Position numbers and translations under genes: made by a program
Origin: Sphaerodactylus townsendi
Lineage: Eukaryota
Length of the DNA stretch: 64,000 bases
Assembly (NCBI RefSeq): GCF_021028975.2
Contig: NC_059436.1
Span: 36,518,001-36,582,000, forward strand
Reading direction: 5' to 3'
Notes under the pieces: generated by a model
What the model was told of the DNA's origin: nothing
What the model saw: the letters and a program-made list of their open reading frames with translations, nothing else
Databases searched by the model: none
Shown: piece by piece, positions 35,764-46,846 of the stretch
How the letters are laid out: each line of letters begins with the position of its first letter
Position numbering within the stretch: position 1 is the first letter of the stretch

Positions 35764-37779
35764 CAGTAGAGGGTGATGACAAATGGTGTTGTGAATGGAC
35801 TTTGTGGAAGGGAATTAGAAATATAGGGGTGTGGGGCAAAGTGCAGTGGGATGGGTTGGAGGTTGTTCAGAGAGTTTGTATAGTTAAGTATGGAAGTGAT
35901 TTGGATATGGGGAGTTGGGGGAAGTGGAGGATGAAAGGTAATGACTTTGTGAGTGGTCTGGGGTAGGAAAGAGTTGGATGGAGAAACAGGAGGTGTTTGA
36001 GGAGGGGGCCAGGGGCAGTCTCAAGGGTGATGTGTTACTGTAGGGATTTAGGAAATAAGATATGTGGAATTTTTAGGGTTGATAATTTTGAGAGTTTGCA
36101 GCAGGAGGGATGTGGGGCTGGTGGCTTTGTTAGGGTTTGAGGTATGGGAAAGCAAGGCCGTGATTGCTTGTGTGTTGCCCTGTGCGAAATTGTCTGCTGA
36201 TGTGTTGAGAAGTCAAGATATAGGTAAAGGGTTTGGGAGTATCTTGGTGAATGGGTGAGTTTGAATAAGATATGAGAATATACAGGTGCTGAAAGAGGAG
36301 AATGGGGGATGGGTCCCTATGAGGAGTTGGAGATTGCTTTGAGAGTTGAAGCTCTACCAACCACATGGAGGATATAACTTCTGGTGTCAGGCTAATTGGT
36401 TATAGAATAGGACTATCCTTGGGTAAGGAACTGGTGATATTTGTTAAAGGAGAAGGTGCTGAGGTATTATGGTGTGCTAGATGTAGATAAAATGGTTCAT
36501 TGATTCATTTTGAAGGAGCGGAGTTAAGAATGTTTCAAAAACAAATAGCAATCTTTTAAATATTTAACAAAATTTCATTTCAGCATAAGTTTTTGTGGAC
36601 TATAGTCCACTGCAGAAATTATGAGTGGATCCTTGCTCTGTAGTCATTTTATGTTGGCATCAAGGGGTCATAAAATGCAAGAAGTACAGAATTAAGTGTA
36701 ATATGTCAAACTCAAACCCAGTTAGGAGAAATAGTCTGTTATTTGTGCTAAACTAGTTAATACACATAATGTTAGATGTTTTGTTAATGCAAAAGCTTCT
36801 AAATCCTTCTTCAATGCTTCCAGGGAGGAAGGAATAAATCCCAGTTCAGCTATGTAATCTGCTGGGGTACTTGGTTTTTGACCTAAGTCACCATCTATCA
36901 GCAAAAATTCGAAGGCAGATTCCAGTGTGAAAATGTGAAATTGGGATTCACTAGCAGATGCTACCTGCTGGGTTGAATTGGGACTTGGAATTTTTATCTT
37001 GCTGCAACAGTGACTTCCTTAACAAAATGTGTAATTCCTCACCCTTTGTAAGTATTAAGTAGCTTAGTGTGTAATTAATAAAATGATTTCCATTTGAAGC
37101 AGGGTTCCTATAGCCCTTGAAAACCTTATGCTGGAATAAAATGGTTAGTCTTTTGAAGTTTCAAAAGACTTTTTGTTGTTGAAACAGACTGATGCTGCTA
37201 TCCCTTCATTATGGTATTCTGATTTAGGTTTGTTGCCCAATGGAATTTAGGTTTGTTTAGGTGTGTTCTTATGGGGAGAAGAGGTTTCTGAGTATGCAGT
37301 GGAAGGTCACTGCAGAAGAGGACAGCATTGTGCATTGGGAGAAGATTTATTTCAGAGGGGTCATGGCAGACAGAGATGTTGTAGGAAGGGGTAGTAAAAT
37401 AACACAGGTCAAAACAGGACACAGTCCAAAGGCAGAAGAGAGACTGCCGCTAGTAAGGAAGAAGGGTTGATCCTGTAATTTATCCTTCATTTGGTGCATG
37501 TAATTTATCCTTCATTTGTATAATGTGTAGAGTTAATGTGTTTGCAGGTGAAAGCCATTCAGCATATTCTTGCTTCGATATTGGCTTCACTGGAATAAGG
37601 TGGTCTTTGCTGTGGTCACTGCTCCTTGGGAGATCTTTGGGAACAAACGTACAGTCAAATGCAGGGAATTTGTGGAGGTGCCCAGTGATGTGTTGTGTTG
37701 GGTGGAGTGGAATTGTCATGCTTACTTGTCCCTGCAGCCCTATGTCATTGCCTTCTCTCTTTCCCCTTCCCCTTTCCAG

Positions 37780-37824
37780 AACCACAGGCCTGGCGGAGAA
37801 GCCACCTCGCAGACGAAGAAGCAG
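37780..37824 (+). CDS. SCAI: Protein SCAI, coding exon 2
   Basis: Strong polypyrimidine tract + CAG, 45 nt, GTAAGA donor. In frame with exon 1, giving RTTGLAEKPPRRRRS(R) versus human LTGTVEKPPRKRRSR. Exon 3 (TEFALKEIMSSGG...) was not found in the window. Confidence 0.88.
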
Positions 37825-40736
37825 GTAAGAGGATGGGTATCTCTTTTCTCTGTTCCCTGTCCCCATGAGTAGAGGTGAATTCAATGGGTTTTCTAACACC
37901 TTGCTTTGCTTCTCATCTTGCTCTTTTTATCTCTTCACCCCCCACCCCATTGTTGCTGCAGCAGCTTCATGTCTGTGTTGTGAGCTCCCAGATCTGGGAA
38001 GATTGGGGGTGGGGGGAAGGGGACTATGTAAACAAATGACATTTGGACCTCAAGGTGGTAGAGGAGCAGGTTTTGTTGTGTTGCTGTTATCCTGGAGAGT
38101 ACAAGGATAGATCGGAGGCAGGAACTGGGTTTCTCAGCAGTTGGTTGTAAGAGGGACTTGGAGAATGGAGTGTATGCTGCAGGCAGAGAAATGATATGCT
38201 TAATGCTGCCCACAGAAAGATGGAGACTTCCCCCTTCCATTTCTTCAGAAAAAAATCACTGAGGAGAGCAATGTGCTTAGCCTGATGCTAGCTAAAAAAA
38301 TTCTGTTTCTTAGAGCTTTATACACACATTTCTGTGTTTCTGCCTATCTGTTCAGACACAGGAACCTAATTTGAAAATGCACACTGCAGTTGTATTCCAC
38401 CCCCGCCCCCCCAATGCTCTGCAGCTGCACTTCCTGTTGGTTTCCCTTTCCTTAGTCCGTTTAATTTTTGAACTGGAGGATCACTCCCATATGTAATGAG
38501 GGATTATTCCACAGGTTTATATGCTTCAGAGCAGAAGTCACTATTCTCCCTCCTCTTCTATGTATACATCAGCAGGCTCTGGTATGTCGGGGGCTGTGGG
38601 TTGCAGGGTATCTGTCGCTCTGTCTTTTGGGGGGGGGGTTGCCTGCCACTAGAAGACATATCTTCCTCCCCAGTTGCTGAAATGACATCAGCTGCTTATG
38701 CGTGTGAATAGACACTTCCTACGTGTGAGCGCTCTCAGCCGTGGCGAGCTGGCTATGCTCTCAGATCTGCCCTTTCACTGGGACTGGGTTGCGAAGGGAA
38801 ACTCAAATAAGCAAGGCATCCGTGGGCAGCTGTTGAGAATACTGCATGTGGTGATGGAGGGGGGAGCGGTTTGTGCCATTGTGAGTGGGGGAAGGGGGAT
38901 AGCCTGTTGGGCTAAGTACACGGCAAAAAGGCTTGAAGGAGTTCAGTGTGCGCAAGTATTTTCTCTTCATCCAGTTTCTGCTGCTCGATGGAAACACTGT
39001 TTTTCATGTGTGTTCTTGGAGTGCTCTGCTATGCACGAGCTCTGAGAAGCTGATCTTATTTTCCCACCCTCCCTGCAGTGGATAGGATGTCTTAGTGGAG
39101 GGAGTGAGAATACTCCAGAGCTGCTGGGGAATAGGAAATGTTACAGATGCATCCAGAAAAGTGGCTTTTGAAGGCTTTTTAGTATTAAGCAAATCCACTA
39201 CATCAGTTTCTGACTGCTGTCCACCTTTACCTTGGTGGCTTTATCAATTCTACAGGTGGCTTAGGTTTTTACATCTCTTCACTCTTTCTCCGAAGTGTTT
39301 GCTGTTTACCATTGCTGGCATATTTCCAGAACTGTCAGAATGTTAGATTGAAAATTCCCTTTGGGCAAAATTATCCTGATTATTGTCCATTAGGGAGGTT
39401 AGAGAGAGAACACTGTGTTGGTATTCTGGGGCCTGAACTAAGCCTCTTATAGCTCTGCAGGTGCAATTTGAGATTTCGGTTTTTGCCTATAAAGGCTAAG
39501 GACTTGAGTATGTATTATGTATGAGAGGACTACCCCATACTGCACTGGAGAACTTCCTTTTGACTTGCCCAAGGCAGTCAAGCCAGATGTGCTTTCTAAG
39601 GGTTGCCTCATACCCCACCCACCCCAGTCAGTATCTAGGGGCCATTTAGAGGTTAAGGAGATATGTTTTATCTACAGTGGACTGCTAGCAAATTTTGGTG
39701 CGATAGTCACTAGTCTAGATATTTTTCTTTTCATAGTCATGCAACCCATGTGCCTCTTTTGCACTGCAGAATTATTTGCTGAAGAGATCAGAGTTTGTTT
39801 TGCTTTCTACAAACCTATGTAAGGTTACTAAACAAGATTACTTTCTTGAAGTACTCATACTGAAGGCTTCAATCTTATATGCTGTTACTGGAAAGTATAT
39901 TCAATGAGACAGACTTTTAAGTAAGCATGGTTAGAATTCAGCAGTAAACATCTACAACTCCTTGTAATGGAGGACAGGTATTTACTAGGCAAAATGTTTG
40001 TCTCCACGAGATAAAATGTAAATGATTATGTTTGATTCTACTAGATTTTCATAACTTGAGAACACATTGTAGAACCCAGGCAATGGGAGAGCATAAAATA
40101 GGAGCACAACATAATCCATATGTAAAGATTGAATCTCCTGCCTCCTGTGACCTGCTAGTCCAATAAAAGCCCAGAATTAATTATGTTTGTGTAATTAATG
40201 GTATATGTATGTATTAAATGTTGATTCACCTCCCCCAAGCACCTGGACAATTGTATACACTTCCAGTGCTAAAATATAAATAAATCTATAATGTCCAAAG
40301 AAATGTCCAAACCAGCCCCCCCGTAAATCCTACTTTTTGCATAGCTAAACCAATATAGCGCAGTCAATTCAGTCCTATTGCAGTTAGGCTAGCCCTGCAA
40401 ACCACCAGTTAAGATGTCCTTCTGGTTCCTGAACTGTGACAGTAAAGGAACCATGTGAACATTCCTCGTGAAGGCATTCCATAGCTTTGGTGCAATGATT
40501 GAAAAGGCCCTGTCATGCATCAGAGGTCCACAGTGCAGCTTCTAGATTTCAGAAATTGATGTTTTCCCTAGTGGGGTCTTTTCTTAATGTAAGAGGATAA
40601 GGGTATAGATTTACTCATATTAAATTCAGATTTTATTTTACATCAGTTTATTTCAGTGATACTGTAATTGAAACTTAACATTTACCATACTTGTAAAAAA
40701 TTATTTTATCAATTCTGCCAAGGATAAGGATGTGTC

Positions 40737-40872
40737 CAATTGTGGGATTCAGATAATTTAACAACCGGTTCCGGTGGTGGAATTCAAATAATTTAACAAC
40801 TGGTTGTTTACAAGCACCATTTTAATAACCAATTCTGCTGAAGTGGTGCGAACCTGCTAAATCCCACCACTG
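40737..40872. mobile_element. hAT MITE, same family as 11507, TSD GATGTGTC/GATGTGTT
   Basis: Reverse-orientation relative with an internal duplication of the TIR-adjacent sequence. Confidence 0.8.
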
Positions 40873-40884
40873 GATGTGTTGCTG

Positions 40885-41335
40885 TTGACCAAGATCAAGT
40901 TAATTTGTGCCATAATATTCCCCATTACTGTGCATGGGTATGAAAGCTGGACAGGAAGAAAGTGAATTCCTTTGCAATGTTGTGTGGGAGGAGAGTTTTA
41001 CAGATCCTGTGAACTGCAAAAAAAGACAAATCAGTGGGTTCTATATCAAATCAAGCCTGAAGCTAACATGACTAAACTGAACCTATAATACTTCTCATAA
41101 TTTGATTGCGAGAAGACAGGTCTCACTTGAAAAGGCAGTATTGCTAGAAAAAATGGATGGCAGCATGAAAAGAGGATACCCAACAGGAGATGAATCAGCT
41201 CTATAAAGGAAGCCACAACCCTCAGTTTGCAAGACCTGAACAGGGTTATTAACAATAGGATATTAGAAGCTTTTAATTCAATGGATCACCTTAAGTCAGA
41301 AACGAGTTGACAGCACTACATATAACAACAACAGT
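40885..41335 (+). mobile_element. RTE/BovB-type LINE 3' fragment
   Basis: GGGTATGAAAGCTGGACAGGAAGAAAG..TGCTAGAAAAAATGGATGGCAGCATGAAAAGAGG..TTGCAAGACCTGAACAGG..(CAA)n tail. Confidence 0.75.
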
Positions 41336-43064
41336 TAGGGCTTGATTACCACCCAACCCCCCCAACCCCACCCCCCACACACATAACCACCATCTTTAGT
41401 TGCTGCATCACATACATGTTTTTATTTGGATTGACTTTTGGAGAGGGGTTAAGAATTTTGTGCTGTCATTGACCTAATTTGAATATATATTTGTTTCTCT
41501 AAAATATTGGTATCCACCCCAGGACCTTGACTTTGTTGAATAAAGAATCTTGATGACTAGAGCTAGAGAGTGGAATATGTCTGAAAGTGTCTTCCTAGTA
41601 TCAAGCAGTGTCAAGTCTGGATCTGTTCTGTCCAGATAGCAGGGATGGCTAGCTGGTGGACTATGTCAGATTTGGTTTGCTGAGCAGTCTGGCTCATTGC
41701 AGCTTTACAAAGCATACATCAAGGTGTAGTAAAATATTGCCCCATTTTTCACTCATGAGGAAGACACAGTGTTTTGCAAAAATTGGGAGATTCCATACTT
41801 TAATGTTGCGTCTCCTTCCAGGTTTTGTGTGTCATGCCCTGGCTCTGCCTGAGCACATGTGCTCTGTAACTCTAATCACTTGTGCAAGTCAAGCTGCGCG
41901 CAACCAAACATACTTCTGGCTTGGAGACTAAAGTTAACTCCCAAGAATGAAGAGGTTGGCCATCTCTCTGCCTTAGGTGCAATAAGGGTAAGAATATTTA
42001 TTGTAAAGAAAATGTGACATATGTGGTCTGAGCTTGCTTTTTTGTCCCCAGGGGAGCTGAAGGGATATGTTTATTGCATTACTGCTTGCATTACTGCTAG
42101 TTTTCTATGGCCGTTGTTCTCTCTAGGACTGAGGGAGGTATTGGCAAAGCAGAATTATTCACTCAAGTCAGCAAATGAGATCTTTTTGGGGTTCTGAAAT
42201 CTGAAGAAGAGGCACTTGGGATTTCCCATTCTTTGCTGTTGGATGTCACACTCTTGCCCTGTCTTAAATCAGTGATGCTTTCTATCCTAAATGGGATAAA
42301 GTGGTCTCAGTAGGGTGTGGTTTGCATCAAGTTGTTTTCCCCAACTCTAGTATTTGAGTGAGATTTTCTGCAACCTGCTAGAGTGGATCAACACAGCCTC
42401 TCTTGCCTCATCACACTTCTGTGTCCCAAGGCAAGTGTCTGCTAATGAGTCTGCCTCTACCCAAGACACTTTTGCATCTACTTTTGTGTAGGGGAGCAGA
42501 GAAGTATCTGTTAAGCAAATTCCAGGGCCACAGTCACGAGTCCTCTCTGTTCCTATTTTGCCTCGGTAGCCAGAAAGGTAGTTAGTGGACTGAAGAAAAT
42601 TTCTTTTGGCCTTGTTGCCTCCAACCGCTGACTTACTGCCCTACTGCTAATGTTAATAGACTGAACTGTGATTGAGATGCTGTGAGATCTTAGCCACAAC
42701 ATAGGCAAAGTTGCAGCTGCTTGGACATTTGATGACCTGAAGTGAACCTGATTGTATAACACATGGAACTTCTCCATGGCCTTTACTGTGGCACAAATGC
42801 CTGAAAATCTGTGATGCACCTGCCTGCAGGGCTGTGTATTAGTGAGGCAAACTGTGTTTTTGAACAGAGATTAATCTACCATTACCGCCCCCTCTACAAT
42901 TCTTTCTCTTGCTGTCTTGAGTAAATTGTTTCAAACAAAATGTTATTCGAACTGAAATATTGAGTTACTCGGTCATTGGGGTCCAGTTCCTTTCCATGCC
43001 ACTTGACTAGAACCACAAGGGGCAGGATCAGAGTGTGCAGCAGTTGGCAGGAGAAGGAAGCCCT

Positions 43065-43722
43065 TGTCATGATCCAGACCCTGGGCACTGACCTGGGCAC
43101 TGAGGACCCTGACAACACTGCATTCAGAACTGGCTCCTTGCGAGGAAATGCAGGCAGCAGTTCTAAGCCCTTCTTGCAAGCTCAGGTAGAGCTTGATGCT
43201 GTGTAGCTGGAAGAACCTTCAAGAACCTCAGAAGAGTGGAGTTATGAGCCAGCTGCTCAAAGGAGGCAAAGAAAAAGGGTACAGCTGCAGAGTTAAAGGA
43301 GAAGTGCTCACATTGCTGCAAGGTATGGCAGAAGGCTCTGCCAGATGGAAGCATCTGAGGAGGATTGAGCTCTTGCAGGATCCCAGCCTCATTAGGCAGG
43401 ACTTTCTGTATAAATGCTGCCTTGAGCTTGGCCCTGCCTGGGTGCAACGAGTGTACTTCCTGGTAAGCTCCACATGCCTGGTCTTCCTGTGACCTCCAAC
43501 TCTTAACCTGCAAACCTGATCTTCTGCCTGTGCCTTGACTCTGGACTGCCTTGACGCTGCCTTTGTCTGCTGCCTGCCTGAACTGTTTTGGACTATGCTT
43601 TTGCCTGCTATCTGCCATAACTGCAGCCTGTCTTGACTACACCTCACTTTCTGCCTGCCTGGACTCTGGTCCATCTGGCCACATCCTAGCTAGCACCTTC
43701 TGGCAGCACAGCCCTGTTGTGA
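43065..43722 (+). mobile_element. Degraded LTR-like element
   Basis: Starts TGTCATGA, TATAAA at ~43409, followed by CTGCCTG/GACT repeats typical of lizard Gypsy LTR U5 regions. The 3' end and TSD are not clean. Confidence 0.4.
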
Positions 43723-45500
43723 TGATCCACGCAGAGGGTGGATCAGGGAATAATTTTTCGGCCTTTTTCATAGTACCCCAACATCTGCAAGTTGAAGTTA
43801 ATTGCCTCAGCTAACTGTTGGTGCTGTGGAAGACCTTGGCTTATAATGAAGCAAAGATAAAATCAGTACTGAGACAGTGAGGTGTCGTGCCTAGAATCCT
43901 GGAGTCAGACCAGGGAAGTTACATCCAAATCCCCAGGTAACAACAAAACTCACTGAAGGACGTCGGGCCAGTCGGCTTGCCTTGAAGGGCTGTTATGAGG
44001 GTAAAATATGGGAGCAGGAGGAACATACTACACTACCTTGAAATCCTTGAAAGAGAGGCAGGATATAAATGTGGTATCTTTTTCATCACACATTATCTTC
44101 GTAGTGGCAATTATATTACTAAATGTACTTCTTGTGGTGTTCTTTCTTAAAGGAGTTTGAACTGGCTTCTTTATGTTTCCTGGACAGTCTATGCATACTT
44201 TGGCAACAGAACCACTTCACATGCCTTCAAATGATTCTGTGGGTTGTACTCACAGAGTGGTATTAACACATGTATTGTGAATAAGGCTGTAGAGATAGGG
44301 TGCTAATCTGTTTGGGAAACTGGAGGGGTCACCCCTGAGACTCGCTTTTTATTCATGTTTCAAATGCTACTGAAATAACACACAGGAACCTTCAATAGAT
44401 CTTCTGCAAACTTGCAAACATCCGCTTGACTGGGTGCATGTGGCAAGTGAAAGTTGTTTCTGACCTTTGTAAATAGAAAGCTTGGGGCTTATATTTTTTT
44501 CTTGTTTTTCCAGGTTTTCTCTAACAAATGCATGAAAGCAGTTAGGCTTGCTCTCACCAGAGTACAGCAATGATTCAGGACTTTCCAGTTCATTGACATC
44601 TACTCAGTCTTTTTTCCTGCAAGGCACATAATTTGTGCACAGAAAAACCCAGCTTTAACCCTTGGTTAAAGTTTCTCAGGGAGCAGGTTTTGAAGGTATT
44701 GCAGTGACCTAGATCCTGGAGAGCTGCTGCCAGACAAAGGAAACAGTATTATATTAGATAAACCAATAATTTGATTCTGTGCAAGGCAGCTTCTTACCTC
44801 TGTATGATTTGAAGGTTTTTTCATCTACCACTGCCTCAACTTGCAGCTGAGGGAGGAGGAAGGAGCCAGTGCAGTCTCACCCTGAAATATACAGGTTGCA
44901 TGTGGCCTAGGGTAATTTTTTTAAACTTGGGAAATGCTGTTCTGTTTCTTAACCAGCATTCTTCACTCCTTTCTCTAAGAAAGCCCATGTGGTAGAGTGA
45001 TTGGAGTGCTGGACTCTGATCTGGAAGACCCAGATTTAAATTCCAAATTTGTTATGGAATCTTGCTGGGTGATGTGAGTAACTTTGTGTCCCCATTGAGG
45101 AGAAAGGCAAGGCATAAATTTGAAGTTTAAAAAATTGAGCATGTTCTGTTTGGCAGCACAAACTTCTGTTCAAACAGAGGGTCAAGCATGTCAAGTATAT
45201 TAACTCATTTCCTAGCAATTTATAGATCAGCTGAGCTTGGCTGAATGGTAAGACAATGGCATGTATCATTCTGGCTTCTTGGGGATGTTGAATGGGACAA
45301 TTAAAGTAGTCTAGAGATACAGTGTCTTAGTGGTATGGCAGTTCTTGGATGTTTTAATCTTGTTGCCTGTGACAGAATAGTGGTGGTGGTAGTAGAAACT
45401 TAGAAAACCTGTGAGGTCCATGACATGAGAGAATAAGAGTAACATTGTTGGATCAAACCAAAGATTCTGGTGGCCAGGAATCAGCTGAAATGCCATCAGG

Positions 45501-46098
45501 GGCAGATTCCCCACAGTCAATTAATCGCGTGATACTCATGCGAAATATCAAGGATTCAGGAAGAACTCCCGACTGCCTGATCAATGAACAAGGATTCATC
45601 CCGGTTCTGGCGCTCATTCTCCCCCTTATCCCGCGTCTTTGCCGAACCTGCTTGAAGGTACTACTATTTCAAAAAACACGTCTTCGATCCAGTTTGGAGG
45701 GGAGGATCGGGGGTCTAATCTTGGTTCAAATTTCCCGCTGTGGAGCATGACGCAAATGCTTCCAACAATCAGTGCGCAAGGTGCTGTTCTCGCGAGAGCA
45801 CGTGAGAACGATAACGAACCAGAAATTTGGGTGGGGGTGAGATGCTGACATCATGACGTGATAACGTTTTTGCGGGAGAAAAAAAAGGTCCCACCCCAGC
45901 ACAGCACGCCAATCAGGAGAGACCCGCCAAGCCGATCTTTTGTTAGTGGGGATTGTTACATTTCTTGAATCTGAGATAGGCCTAGATGTTTTCACTGGAA
46001 ACATGCTGCAGTGGGGAGGTTGAAACCTTGATGAAAAGGTGCAGTTTATTTTCAGACTCGGTTTGATCTAGGTTGAATTTCCCGGTGGGGATTCAGCC
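45501..46098. mobile_element. CpG-rich non-autonomous Harbinger-type element (598 bp), 3-bp TSD AGG
   Basis: Imperfect TIR GGCAGATTCCCCAC / GTGGGGATTCAGCC. AGG at 45498-45500 and 46099-46101. Termini resemble those of the 33280 MITE. Confidence 0.65.
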
Positions 46099-46294
46099 AG
46101 GGTGTGAAGCAATAGCCCTTCCCTGTTGTATGTCTTTATCGCTTTGCATTCAGGTTGTACATCCTGCTCACATGGAAGCTCTGGTTGCAAAGGGATCCTC
46201 CATTAATTTCTTAGCGTTTGCCAAAAGATAGATTAGAACATTATTTTATTGGGTCAACATTTTAGTATGCAAAAAAAAATATGAAAGAAGTGTG

Positions 46295-46512
46295 AGTCTG
46301 GGCTAGCTTGATTTCATCAGACCTCGGAAGCTTAAGCAGGGCTAACTTGGTTGGTATTTGGGTGGGAGACAACAAAGAAACACCAGAGTTGCTATACAGA
46401 GGAAGGCCATGGCCAACCACCTCTATTATTCCCTTGGCTGGAAAACCCTACAGGTTTGCCATAAGTTGGCTGTGACTTGATAGCACTTTACACATACACA
46501 CACACACACACA
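46295..46512 (+). mobile_element. 5S rRNA-headed SINE with RTE/BovB-type tail (5S-Sauria-like)
   Basis: 5S-like GACCTCGGAAGCTTAAGCAGGG..TGGTTGGTATTTGGGTGGGAGAC joined to GGCCAACCACCTCT..GAAAACCC..GCCATAAGTTGGCTGTGACTTGATAGCAC and a (CA)n tail. Confidence 0.7.
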
Positions 46513-46584
46513 CAACAGGTCTTGAAAAGCAATGTAACATTCAAATGGGCTGCTTGTAAGTAGTAATATTAATTTCTTTTAAAG

Positions 46585-46846
46585 TAGAAGAAGAAGAGTT
46601 GGATTTATATCCCCCCTTTCTCTCCTGTAGGAGACTCAAAGGGGCTTACAATCTCCTTGCCCTTCTCCCCTCACAACAAGCACCCTGTGAGGTGGGTGGG
46701 GCTGAGAGAGCTCAGAAGAACTGTGACTAGCCCAAGGTCACCCAACTGACGCATGTTGGAGTGCGCAGGCTAATCTGAATTCCCCAGATAAGCCTCCACA
46801 GCTCAAGCGGCAGAATGGGGAATCAAACCCGGTTCCTCCAGATTAG
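46585..46846 (-). mobile_element. tRNA-derived squamate SINE (Squam3-like), 5'-truncated
   Basis: Reverse complement of the 8976 element with a (TTC)n tail. Confidence 0.85.

Noticed and set aside
42894-43814. Cluster of overlapping 70-150-aa ORFs
   Set aside because: No recognisable domain; they fall in a degraded LTR-like, stop-poor sequence.
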